Part shown: piece by piece, positions 1-8,669 of the stretch
How positions within the stretch are numbered: position 1 is the stretch's first letter
Layout of the letters: every line of letters begins with the position of its first letter
Assembly: GCA_022574205.1 (NCBI GenBank)
Contig: JACZSL010000001.1
Span: 5,447 to 69,446, forward strand
Origin: Patescibacteria group bacterium
Lineage (GTDB): Bacteria; Patescibacteriota; Minisyncoccia; Phycocordibacterales; JACZSL01
Direction: 5' to 3'
Length of the DNA stretch: 64,000 nt
Notes under the pieces: generated by a model
Database searches by the model: none
Told to the model about the DNA's origin: nothing
The model's input: the letters and a program-made list of their open reading frames with translations, nothing else
Made by a program: the position numbers and the translations under genes

Positions 1-289
1 TCTGATGCCACTTCTTCGCTTTCGAACTTAGCAATTGTCGCTTTGCGAGTAAGCGTTGTCATGACGTTAGCTCTCCTTTTGCTTATTATCCGAACCACTC
101 GGACTAGCGACTTGCCCCTATTGTTGAGACCAGTGTTTTAGGAGTTTTAAAAACGCCCAAAACACTGATCTCGTTGCCTTCCGTGCCAAAGAACTAATTA
201 CGCAACGAGCATAGCAAATCGTCAAAGAAAGTCAAGAATGTCTGAATAGAGAAAATTTTTTGTTAGTTTTGTTTTGATATACTTATGTT

Positions 290-769
290 GTGAATGATTT
301 ACAAGGTATTGTTATGGTTTTAGCAAAGATACTCATAGTCGCCGCAGTTGTCTTTGGCGGTTATTTTCTAGTGACACAGGACACTGTTGAAGAAATTAAG
401 GACTCGGATGACTTGGTGGTCATTGCTTCTTTTGAGGAATGCGCTGCGGCAGGAAACCCCGTTCTGGAAAGCTACCCAAGGCAATGCCGCACAGTAGACG
501 GACAACATTTTGTTGAAGATATTCAAGACGATGACTCTACGCCGGGAAGTGGGAATGCACAGGCCGGAACAGTGGCGTGTGCAGCGAAACAGCGTGGTAC
601 ATTTTGTACACAGCAGTACGAACCAGTTTGTGGTTTGGTTCGAGTTCGAGTGCAATGTATTACCACGCCGTGTCCTCTGATTTCTAAAACTTTTGGTAAT
701 GCATGCACCGCATGCAGTAACGAGTTTGTCGAAAGCTATACGGAGGGGGAGTGTCGTGCAGGAGAATGA
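290..769 (+). CDS. membrane-anchored protein with C-terminal Kazal-like cysteine-rich domain
   Basis: N-terminal hydrophobic helix. The C-terminal pattern C..YEPVCG...C...C....TFGNAC.AC resembles the Kazal consensus (Y.PVCG..TY.N.C). Confidence 0.45.
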   Translation: MNDLQGIVMVLAKILIVAAVVFGGYFLVTQDTVEEIKDSDDLVVIASFEECAAAGNPVLESYPRQCRTVDGQHFVEDIQDDDSTPGSGNAQAGTVACAAKQRGTFCTQQYEPVCGLVRVRVQCITTPCPLISKTFGNACTACSNEFVESYTEGECRAGE

Positions 770-1036
770 GCAGTCAGAATAAATAATAAATACGGGAAGA
801 ACATTACCGGAATGATGAAATTATTATTAAAGTGAAAGGTGTGGGGGCAAGCTTAAAGTACAAGGTAATCTTATGTAGTCAATGTCTGTCAGACATACAG
901 GCTTGGTTTGGTAAGTCTAAGACAGGTGGAAATTCAAAAATAAAACCGGCTACTGCGTGAGCCGGTCTATGATTTTGTAAAACTCCTATGAGTTCGTTTT
1001 TATTTGTAGTTTTTTATTGAGTTTCCACGCCTCGTA

Positions 1037-1654
1037 TCAAGCAGCCTGTTCAGTCAGGTATTGGAGTTCGAGAATCTCGAACAATCCAACTTCTGAACAC
1101 CCTTTTCGTATTGGGTATTCAAATTCCCTTCCCGGTACAGCTCCGCATAAACATCTGGCAATCATCATCTTATGGGAAATATGACCTTTACCATTCAGAT
1201 CGTTTTCCCCGTTTACGACAGTGAAAGTCTCCACTCTCGGTTCCCCGTTTGGTGGTGTAAGACGAACTTTTACCTGCATTTCAAGCGCAAAACAATCGCA
1301 CGGCAAGTCCGCGACTGCGCCGCTTTGTATAAGCTGCGCACGCACCTTATTGATGCGCTGATGTGCCGTGTTGATGCGATCTCGAATCCGCCTAATTTCC
1401 AGGTCACAGCATTCACCGGAAACCTCCCTTTCCAGAAGAAGTAATCGGTGCTGTATTCCAGCGACAATGAGCTTCCTTTGGTATTTACGTATACACTTAT
1501 GCTTTCTTTCGATGTCTGCTGTTTTTGGTGCATTTATTACGCTATGATGCTCTACCATGTCCTTTCCCCCGTACGGTTTTGATGTAGTTAAAGAACAATA
1601 TGTGCTCAAAACAGCACATATCTTCAATTTACTGGCTTTTGTGTAGTCCGTCAA
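1037..1654 (-). CDS. hypothetical Cys-rich protein; visibly GC-richer than surroundings; true start may be internal
   Basis: Longest ORF in a GC-rich patch. It contains CDC...CLCG...GC cysteine pairs. No family recognised. Confidence 0.3.
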   Translation of the reverse strand: MTDYTKASKLKICAVLSTYCSLTTSKPYGGKDMVEHHSVINAPKTADIERKHKCIRKYQRKLIVAGIQHRLLLLEREVSGECCDLEIRRIRDRINTAHQRINKVRAQLIQSGAVADLPCDCFALEMQVKVRLTPPNGEPRVETFTVVNGENDLNGKGHISHKMMIARCLCGAVPGREFEYPIRKGCSEVGLFEILELQYLTEQAA

Positions 1655-1769
1655 GAGATTTTACTTATATCCAGGCATAATAAAACTAAATACTGTTTTG
1701 GAGGGTATTAAAAGAATAGACAAATGTGTGGTAGAATCGCTGTGGTAACAGTCGATAAGGAGGCATATT

Positions 1770-1982
1770 GTGTACACTGAAAGTGAACGAGATCTTTTTA
1801 TTTGCTATGGAAGATTCGTGTGCGAGTCTAAATGCAACCAAAGTGAAGGCCTGTACAAATTCAAATCAAGCCGAGGAGATATTTATCTCACTAGGAAAGG
1901 ATTGCAGGCGCGTCTAGAGCATCTGATAAACAAGAGAGAACTTCATGATCAGACTGAAAGAGCACTTGAATTACATCCATAG
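1770..1982 (+). CDS. small hypothetical protein (70 aa)
   Basis: GTG start lies 7 nt after AAGGAGG. A hairpin terminator follows directly downstream. Confidence 0.5.
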   Translation: MYTESERDLFICYGRFVCESKCNQSEGLYKFKSSRGDIYLTRKGLQARLEHLINKRELHDQTERALELHP

Positions 1983-1995
1983 CATCCACAACCAA

Positions 1996-2030
1996 TAGCC
2001 GCCCTGTAAAAAGGGCGGCATTACTGTATT
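1996..2030 (+). terminator. hairpin gccgccc-tgtaaaaa-gggcggc
   Basis: GC stem-loop directly after the 1982 stop. Confidence 0.4.
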
Positions 2031-2086
2031 TATCTATTTGTTATTATACGCTAGAACAAAAACTAATGTATTTCGCACAAAATTCA

Positions 2087-2112
2087 GACGTAAGGACGCA
2101 CGTCCTTACGTC
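2087..2112. repeat. perfect 26-bp palindrome gacgtaaggacgcacgtccttacgtc
   Basis: Read directly from the sequence. The two 12-bp arms are exact reverse complements. Confidence 0.7.
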
Positions 2113-2286
2113 GCGGTAATGCTTGCCAGCCTTTGGATGGGAACTCTATAAAAAAAGCTGTTTGGTGAACCATACTGTCTTCAGTGTTTAGTGGACGTAG
2201 AGTCCGCTTTGCTCCTGAACAAATTCAGGAGCAAGTTCAGGAGCAAAATTCTGAAGCGATTTTGGGGCTTAAAATAGCAAGAGAAA

Positions 2287-2347
2287 GAATCCTTGAATTT
2301 CATCCGAAGGCAGATCCGCCTCTGGCGGAAATTCAAGGATTTTTTTG
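2287..2347 (+). terminator. long hairpin (aatccttgaatttc ... gaaattcaaggatt) followed by T7
   Basis: 14-bp inverted repeat with a GC-rich inner stem, then tttttttgg. It belongs to the GAATCCTTG/CAAGGATTC palindrome family seen at 13022 and 19411. Confidence 0.5.
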
Positions 2348-2399
2348 GTGGACATAACGCACGAAACTTGCTTATGTCCTGAGTGGAGCGAAGGAGAAC
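2348..2399. repeat. 52-bp direct repeat, copy 1 (gtggacataacgcacgaaacttgcttatgtcctgagtggagcgaaggagaac)
   Basis: Near-identical to 3012-3063 (3 mismatches). It contains the internal hairpin ggacataa..ttatgtcc. Confidence 0.85.
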
Positions 2400-2433
2400 A
2401 AACTACATTCAAGGATCAAACTCTCTTATTTTC

Positions 2434-2934
2434 TTAAAGTTTATATTCTTCAAAAAACTCTTTGAGTTCTTCTTTTGTCCACCATCCAAAATCATCTGGA
2501 ATTGAGTTTTTATCAAATAAGATTACTTCTGTTACTTCTTGATTGGTCCGTGGGATATCTGCTAATTCAGCAATAACATATGGTGTAAAAGACCATTGGT
2601 TGTCTTTATTTTGAACATCAGACTCAATATCAATTATCTTATAGTCCTTCACTCTAACACCAGCTTGATCTTTAACAATCCTATTGACGCACTTCTCGAT
2701 TGATTCCCCGTACCGGATTAAATTGTGGCAAAAATAAAGTAAACCATTAGGATAATCTTTCGCCTTAGGTGGCAACTCGTGTTCGGGTATCGCGTTTGGA
2801 CGGCGTAAGGCAATATATTTACCATCCTTTTTTAGAAGAATCTCAAAAGTGATATGCAAGCCGCCACTTGCTTGTTTAGCAATTGGAGGAGCAAAATTTG
2901 CCTCTTTATTTTTCCAATCATATTCAAAAGTCAT
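2434..2934 (-). CDS. Nudix-like hydrolase (degenerate Nudix box); start taken at internal ATG (MTFEYDW..)
   Basis: The segment GESIEKCVNRIVKDQAGV approximates the GX5EX7REUXEEXGU Nudix box. The longer ORF version would read through the upstream repeat. Confidence 0.4.
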   Translation of the reverse strand: MTFEYDWKNKEANFAPPIAKQASGGLHITFEILLKKDGKYIALRRPNAIPEHELPPKAKDYPNGLLYFCHNLIRYGESIEKCVNRIVKDQAGVRVKDYKIIDIESDVQNKDNQWSFTPYVIAELADIPRTNQEVTEVILFDKNSIPDDFGWWTKEELKEFFEEYKL

Positions 2935-3011
2935 AGATAAATTATACCAAAAGTTCCAACATAAAGTTGGGTAGGTTAAAAATATGTTGAGAAATAAAGA
3001 TAAATTTGATT

Positions 3012-3063
3012 GTGGACATAGCGGACGAAACTTGCTTATGTCCTGAGTGGAGCGAAGGAGAAC
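3012..3063. repeat. 52-bp direct repeat, copy 2
   Basis: Matches 2348-2399. Both copies are in the same orientation and flank the Nudix-like gene. Confidence 0.85.
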
Positions 3064-3238
3064 CGCATGCATGAATGGATATTCGAAGCGCCCACTTTGG
3101 CTCGCGCCAAGCGAGACAGGTCAGAGGCGATTTCTGTGCTAAATAGCGAAAAAACAGCTTTGGTTTAGGTACAGTTGACATACTTAATCTCAATGATATT
3201 ATTGTCTGGGTCTTGGACCTTAACAATATAGTTATTCT

Positions 3239-3820
3239 ATGGAAATAAGGAGTTTTATTGTGAATAATTGGAAAAAACTTTCCAGCGGCGTTCTCGGCGT
3301 CTTTGTTGTAATTGGACTTTTGTGTGCAATTACGGGCTGTGGAGGCGGAGGTGTTGATACACCACCACCACTTTCATCGCCACCTCCAGTTGACTCCGGT
3401 TTGCCTCCGGATCCCGGAGAAGCAGGTCTCGTAGGTCTTCTCGGTGTTGACTCAGATAACGATGGTGTGCGTGATGACATTCAACGATACATTGCTCTCA
3501 CTTATCCTGATTCTGAAAAGACGCAAGCTGCGTTGACGGAGTTTACCAAAGGTATGCAAGAAGAGTTGGTTAATGCTGAGGACAAGGAATTGTCGATCGA
3601 GATTGCCATCAAAGGCAATATGATGATTTCCTGTATTAAGTACATTAATCCTGAGAATGGTTCGAGGATTTGGAGGGAACTTCGTGCAGAGATCTTAAAT
3701 ACTGAAGAGAGGTCTCGTGCATACATACAATACAACGATCAACTTGGAGGGGAGGTCTTTAGTCTCTTCCCCAGAGCTGCCAGTTCTTGTGGTTTTGACG
3801 TAGATTCACTTCCAAACTAA
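3239..3820 (+). CDS. lipoprotein (signal peptide + lipobox ..LCAITGC, then GGGGVDTPPP linker)
   Basis: Hydrophobic N-terminus ending in Cys, then a Gly/Pro-rich linker. It lies 18 nt upstream of the hydrolase gene. Confidence 0.6.
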   Translation: MEIRSFIVNNWKKLSSGVLGVFVVIGLLCAITGCGGGGVDTPPPLSSPPPVDSGLPPDPGEAGLVGLLGVDSDNDGVRDDIQRYIALTYPDSEKTQAALTEFTKGMQEELVNAEDKELSIEIAIKGNMMISCIKYINPENGSRIWRELRAEILNTEERSRAYIQYNDQLGGEVFSLFPRAASSCGFDVDSLPN

Positions 3821-3837
3821 TCTGAAGGAGACGAAAA

Positions 3838-5115
3838 GTGAACAGAATATATCTTGTACTGCTTGCAGTGCTTTTCGCGGTTGTTCCATTTACTGTTGCC
3901 GCTCAGGGCGTTTGTGAAGTCAGAGAGGTGAGTACTGTTGTGGTGTTTGGCAATGGAATTAACACTCCCGAAAAAGATGCTTACGACTTACTTGAGGTAT
4001 TAGAAAAACGTTTAGAGGCAAAACTGCCAGCTGATAAGTTTGAGGGGCTGGAGTTTAACATCGCCTACAATCGCACTGCGGGAATCCTGCTTGACCTCTT
4101 GGAAGCTGCAAAAGACAAGTATCTAATCGATGCAACCAGAGAAATCAGAGATTTCTCAATTGCTTTCTGGAGAGCTCTTGGATACTTGGATATTCTTCCG
4201 GATTGGTTTCAGGAGGCCGCATTGGAATCTGCTGAAAGTCTTACCAGTGCTTCGCTTGTAAACGACAGGGATTTGAGCAACCATTTGGCTCTCTATCGTT
4301 CGAGCATACTTGAAGGCAAAACCGTGCTTTTGGTCGCTCATTCTCAAGGCAATTTCTTTGCCAACAGAGCGTATGAAATTCTCTATGAGGGCTCAAATCC
4401 GATAACAACACAAAGCTTCGGCATAGTGTCAGTCGCAAATCCGTCAAGTTTTGTCGGAGGAAACGGCCCTTATTGGACACTTCATGAAGATGAGGTGATT
4501 AAGAGCGTTGCAAGATGGTCCGCAAGGTTTCTACAACCACCTCCTCTTGTTTCTAACATCGGTAACGACCCAAATGCAGAGCATGATTCATTGACCCACG
4601 GTTTTGTGACATCATATCTTGTAAGAGGAACTAATAGTGAAGAGAAGATTCTCGCTGGCATCGAGACGAGTATTGGGATGCTTGAAATTCCGTTTCCTGT
4701 TGCAGAAGACGGCATTATCACTGTAACGCTTACATGGGGAGTAGAGCCTGACGTTGACCTGCACGTGTTTGAACCAAACGGAACACATGTCTACTATGCC
4801 AATCGATTCGGAATTTCCGGATTTCTGGACGTGGACGATGTTACGTCGTTTGGCCCGGAGCATTACTTTGTCGGGTGCGACACTCTGGAAGAAGGTATGT
4901 ACCGGATTGGTGTCAACTACTTCAGAGGCTTCAATCCTGAAGTTGCACTCGTGCAAATACAGGCAGGCTTTATCATACGAAGCTTTGAGACTCCGCTTGA
5001 AACAGCTGTCGGCTCTTCGGGCAATAACTCACCGATTCTTGTCGCTGATGTTATTGTCGGCATAAACGCCGACGGCGTCTACGAGTTTAGTATAATGTCC
5101 CTTGGTGTTCAGTAG
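3838..5115 (+). CDS. secreted alpha/beta-hydrolase (lipase/esterase/cutinase-like nucleophile elbow AHSQG) with C-terminal beta-sandwich (pre-peptidase C-terminal-like) domain
   Basis: Signal peptide MNRIYLVLLAVLFAVVPFTVAAQG. The nucleophile elbow is LVAHSQGNF. The C-terminal segment TLTWG.EPDVDLHVFEPNG is PPC-like. Confidence 0.6.
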   Translation: MNRIYLVLLAVLFAVVPFTVAAQGVCEVREVSTVVVFGNGINTPEKDAYDLLEVLEKRLEAKLPADKFEGLEFNIAYNRTAGILLDLLEAAKDKYLIDATREIRDFSIAFWRALGYLDILPDWFQEAALESAESLTSASLVNDRDLSNHLALYRSSILEGKTVLLVAHSQGNFFANRAYEILYEGSNPITTQSFGIVSVANPSSFVGGNGPYWTLHEDEVIKSVARWSARFLQPPPLVSNIGNDPNAEHDSLTHGFVTSYLVRGTNSEEKILAGIETSIGMLEIPFPVAEDGIITVTLTWGVEPDVDLHVFEPNGTHVYYANRFGISGFLDVDDVTSFGPEHYFVGCDTLEEGMYRIGVNYFRGFNPEVALVQIQAGFIIRSFETPLETAVGSSGNNSPILVADVIVGINADGVYEFSIMSLGVQ

Positions 5116-5170
5116 CAAATAACCTTAAGTAAAACTTTCCGTAAGAGGATAACTTATATAATTATATAAA

Positions 5171-5205
5171 CCCCACCTGCGCAAGCGCGGGTGGGGGTTT
5201 TTGTT
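5171..5205. terminator. bidirectional hairpin ccccacctgcgc-aa-gcgcgggtgggg + T-run
   Basis: Perfect GC stem followed by tttttg. It sits between the hydrolase gene (+) and a small minus-strand ORF. Confidence 0.6.
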
Positions 5206-5218
5206 TCGCACCGAGAAC

Positions 5219-5368
5219 TTAATTCTCTTTGTTGTGCTTCACAGGAGAAAAAGTGGCCGAGTTGCGGTGAGACCAGGTTTGCGTCTGCGGGTCGTATTGA
5301 CCCCGAACAGCACCTGAGATCTTCGATAGCAACTGTAGCGCCACGGGTTTTGTGGGCTTGTTCAACAT
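5219..5368 (-). CDS. possible small ORF (49 aa, MLNKPTKPVALQLLSKISGAVRGQYDPQTQTWSHRNSATFSPVKHNKEN)
   Basis: GAGGA lies 8 nt upstream of the ATG, and the ORF ends at the shared terminator. It is divergent from the ATP-grasp gene and has no recognisable family. Confidence 0.2.
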   Translation of the reverse strand: MLNKPTKPVALQLLSKISGAVRGQYDPQTQTWSHRNSATFSPVKHNKEN

Positions 5369-5547
5369 GAGAATATCCTCAAAGTCAGTTTAGAAAGAAC
5401 AAACCAAACGTTGTTGTACACAACAAAAACATCTGGACCCATGAAGTGTGACATAATTTATAGTTTCTATCAATATGTTGACATATTGATATTTTATAGT
5501 ATTTTGTAACTAGATCATTATGTTTACAGCTTAGAGGAGTAGCAGCA

Positions 5548-6489
5548 ATGACTATCTTCATAATCACCCATCAGGCAGGATTTGAGGTTGATCCAGTTAT
5601 TGACAGATTAAAAAGTCTCAAACTTCCTTTTGTTCGCTTTAATCAGGACGATGGCGACAATATTTCTAAAGTCGGATTTCTTCGGTCAGATAGCAAGGAA
5701 AATATCTTTTGGACTAGCGACAATAAATCAGTTTCTTTAACCAATGTTGGTTGCGCGTGGTTTCAACAACCCCCGCCATTCACTGGGCAACCGGATAATT
5801 TTGAACAGGCTGTACAAAGAAACAATTTAATAGCATTTCTTGAAGCCACGTTTGACTTTTTGCCAGTAAAATGGCTTAACAGGGTAGCAAACGCGCGTCG
5901 AGCGGCAAATAAAGTTTTGCAGCTACACCTTGCTCCCTCAGTAGGATTAGCAGTTCCGAATACATGTATTTCAAATGACCCACTTACAGTACGCTCGTTT
6001 TGTTCCAAGGGACCGAGTATTGTTAAAAATCTCAATTCCTCATGGATAGCACAGGAGAATGATGCCGTCGTGTCCTCCACAAAGTTCGTGCAAGATGACT
6101 ACATAAAAGATGACCAAGCAATTATATTCTGCCCTCTCATATATCAACAATTCATTGAGAGAAGATATGATTACCGTGTAGTTATACTGGGAGACGCAAC
6201 GTTTGTATCTCGGTGTGATTCAACACTTGGTGATCCCGCAGATGTACGCGTTGACAACAAAACGGGAGCTAACTTCTACCGGGATAAAATACCTCCTGAA
6301 TATATTGAAAAGCTCAAAAATCTAATGGAGATCTTGGGTGTCGACTACTGTTCTGCAGACTTCATTGAGGACCGCGGAGGCAAAATCTTCTTTTTGGAAA
6401 TGAATATCTGCGGTGCCTGGTGGTGGATGGATGAACTCCATGGGGGTGAAATACTTGATTCTTTCGTGAAATACCTGACAACTCGATGA
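5548..6489 (+). CDS. ATP-grasp ligase, RimK/MdnC-like (RiPP/graspetide-maturase type)
   Basis: The N-terminus TIFIITHQAGFEVDPVIDRL and C-terminal FFLEMNICGAWWW resemble the ATP-grasp peptide maturase fold (E-x-N...W). Confidence 0.55.
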   Translation: MTIFIITHQAGFEVDPVIDRLKSLKLPFVRFNQDDGDNISKVGFLRSDSKENIFWTSDNKSVSLTNVGCAWFQQPPPFTGQPDNFEQAVQRNNLIAFLEATFDFLPVKWLNRVANARRAANKVLQLHLAPSVGLAVPNTCISNDPLTVRSFCSKGPSIVKNLNSSWIAQENDAVVSSTKFVQDDYIKDDQAIIFCPLIYQQFIERRYDYRVVILGDATFVSRCDSTLGDPADVRVDNKTGANFYRDKIPPEYIEKLKNLMEILGVDYCSADFIEDRGGKIFFLEMNICGAWWWMDELHGGEILDSFVKYLTTR

Positions 6490-6571
6490 GCCATCAAGAT
6501 GTGTTATCAGCGGTGGTGTGTACACTTCACATCACCGCTATTTTTTAACATATTAAATATTAAAGCAACCT

Positions 6572-7090
6572 ATGAAACTGCGAGAACAACTGGATAAAAT
6601 AATACATATTAACAAAGGTGAAAATTGGTGGAAGCCAAGGTTATTTAAAGATATAACACTCCCACAGCTTCCGAAAGAATTAAAGATTCTTGAATTTCCA
6701 CCTCTCAAAAACAATAATTACAACTGTTTTATTCATACACTCGGTCTCTCCAAGGATGTTGGAATTATAAAAAATAGTGGCGGTTTTATTTATGACACTT
6801 TTTTCCAAAAATTGATTGATAAAAAGGCGCTTATCCCTACAGACCATCCCAAAAACGGAGACTATATTTTATACAGAGACTCCCAAAATTATCCCGACAA
6901 AATCACCCATTCAGGTGTTCTTGACAATGGGAAAGTGGTGTCAAAGTGGGCGTGGGGACCACTTTTGTGCCATGACGTTTTTGATGTTCCCGCGTCTTAT
7001 GGAGACGAGATTTCTTACATAAAGGCAGTCGATCATAAAAAAGCACGGGATCTCTACTGGAAGTATAAAAAGTTTAATAAACTTCCATAG
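6572..7090 (+). CDS. papain-fold (NlpC/P60- or CHAP-like) Cys/His hydrolase candidate
   Basis: Candidate Cys sits in NCFIHTLG. Downstream, GDYILYR....ITHSGVLDNG resembles the GD..ff....HvgIy His motif. Confidence 0.35.
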   Translation: MKLREQLDKIIHINKGENWWKPRLFKDITLPQLPKELKILEFPPLKNNNYNCFIHTLGLSKDVGIIKNSGGFIYDTFFQKLIDKKALIPTDHPKNGDYILYRDSQNYPDKITHSGVLDNGKVVSKWAWGPLLCHDVFDVPASYGDEISYIKAVDHKKARDLYWKYKKFNKLP

Positions 7091-7433
7091 AAGAGTATTA
7101 CGACACACGAGGCTCAACATTGGGTGTATCGGGTGTGGCTTTTCGTTACTCTTTTTCCGTGTTTAGATGCTGTGTATTAACAATGGGGAAATATGCTAGT
7201 ATGGTATAAGGAAAAGTGTAATTATAATTAACACTTGTATGGCGAAAGGTAGAAATCATCAAAAAAGAGAGAAAAAGAAGCCGAAGAAGAGTAAGAAGCC
7301 TCATATTTTCTAACGCTTGTTTTATATTTGCTCGTGGCGTAACCACCACTGTGTGAGAATACCCCCGATCTCTATCGGGGGCACCTTTTATAAAAATTTG
7401 CATTGTTGAATACTGATAGTTAAACTGAACAAA

Positions 7434-8351
7434 GTGACTACCATAGAACAATTAAAAAAGAGTAAAAATATATATGACATTAAGGCGGTTAAACTGACCA
7501 GCTGTATTGGTTTGCTAAAGAAAAGATGTACATCTGAAGTTTTGCGTGAAATAACTAAAAATTCACGATTAATTAATGTTTATGACATTACGTATCGCTC
7601 ACAAGGACATAAAGTTAAAGGTTTTATTGTCGAGCTAAAAAAACTAAAAGGGAAGTTACCATGCATTATTTATAATCGTGGCGGGTCGGGAGAATTTTGC
7701 GCAATTAAAATCGGGGAAACATTTCTGCGGTTGGGTAGGTTTGCCAAATGGGGATACATAGTTATAGCTTCACAATATTCTGGAAACGCGGGAAGTGAAG
7801 GTAAGGATGAAGTTGGCGGAAGTGATATTGAAGACGTTTTAAATCTTAAAAAGATATTAAAAAACCATCTGCACGCTGATGAAAAAAGAATCGGTATGTT
7901 TGGTATTAGTCGTGGAGGGATGATGACATATTTATCTCTTGCGAGAGTAAAGTGGCTAAAAGCAGCTGTATCGATTGCAGGACCAACAAATTTTAAGCGT
8001 GAAGAAAAGTTGAGGCCAGATATGAAGCGGAGGAACAAAATGTTCTTTGGGGGAAGTAAAAAGGCGCTTAGAGATCGTTCTGCCGTTTATTGGACTGATA
8101 AATTTACCAAGAAAACACCACTTCTCATGCTTCATGGCACTGCGGACTGGCGCGTAAGTCCGTTGGATTCGTTGGATTTGGCAGAAAAGCTTTATGAAAA
8201 TAAGGTCCCGTATCGCTTAATTATGTACGAAGGTGCAGATCATGGATTAAGTGAAGTTCGTGAAGAGGCAATGCTAGAGGTCAGAAAATGGTTTGATAAA
8301 TATCTAAAAAATAACGGAAAATTACCTGATTTAAAACCACACGGCAAATAG
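7434..8351 (+). CDS. S9-family (prolyl oligopeptidase/acylaminoacyl peptidase-like) alpha/beta serine hydrolase
   Basis: The nucleophile motif is GMFGISRGG. LMLHGTADWRV and EGADHGL form the Asp/His part of the triad region. Confidence 0.65.
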   Translation: MTTIEQLKKSKNIYDIKAVKLTSCIGLLKKRCTSEVLREITKNSRLINVYDITYRSQGHKVKGFIVELKKLKGKLPCIIYNRGGSGEFCAIKIGETFLRLGRFAKWGYIVIASQYSGNAGSEGKDEVGGSDIEDVLNLKKILKNHLHADEKRIGMFGISRGGMMTYLSLARVKWLKAAVSIAGPTNFKREEKLRPDMKRRNKMFFGGSKKALRDRSAVYWTDKFTKKTPLLMLHGTADWRVSPLDSLDLAEKLYENKVPYRLIMYEGADHGLSEVREEAMLEVRKWFDKYLKNNGKLPDLKPHGK

Positions 8352-8437
8352 AAACAAAAGTAAACAAAGAAGGGAAAAGAAGAAGCCGAAGAAGGCTAAA
8401 AAGTAGCTTAAACGGCTTATTTTCTGGGTAATTAGAC

Positions 8438-8507
8438 GTTCTATGCGCGAGGACCGACCTCGTGTGTGGACCGTTCTGTGCGCGAGGACCGACCTCGTGT
8501 GTGGGCC
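8438..8507 (+). repeat. 35-bp tandem direct repeat x2 (gttctRtgcgcgaggaccgacctcgtgtgtggRcc), each with internal cgagg/cctcg hairpin
   Basis: Two adjacent units differ at two positions. They lie 160 nt upstream of the 8670 gene. Confidence 0.85.
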
Positions 8508-8669
8508 TCGTTGTGTAGTGGAAAAGGCGCAATACCTTGCAGGAGGTTGTGCTTTTTTGAGAAGGTTGTACAATTTGGGGTAGACAGTGTTCTAAAATCA
8601 TGTTGTTTTTAGGACATTTTTTGACATTTATACATATTCTGTAAACAAACTTACACCAGGAGGTGTACC

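Noticed and set aside
2348-3063. Integron gene cassette with attC sites
   Set aside because: The 52-bp repeats lack the attC R'/R'' core sequences (GTTRRRY/RYYYAAC) and no intI is present. The two copies are also nearly identical, unlike typical attC pairs.
5219-5368. 49-aa minus-strand ORF as the graspetide precursor for the 5548 ATP-grasp
   Set aside because: It has no PFF-type leader and the core has almost no Asp/Glu acceptors. It is also divergent rather than co-oriented with the ligase. It is kept only as a low-confidence small ORF.
7276-8394. The 14-mer agaagccgaagaag flanking the S9 peptidase, taken as a cassette boundary
   Set aside because: It is purine-rich and low-complexity. 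The similarity outside the 14-mer is weak, so it is reported only inside the ATP-grasp finding and not as a separate mobile element.
8438-8507. Possible CRISPR array from the 35-bp tandem repeat (and likewise 15734-15777 and 16815-16922)
   Set aside because: There are only 2-3 directly abutting units with no spacers between them and no cas genes nearby. These are simple tandem repeats.
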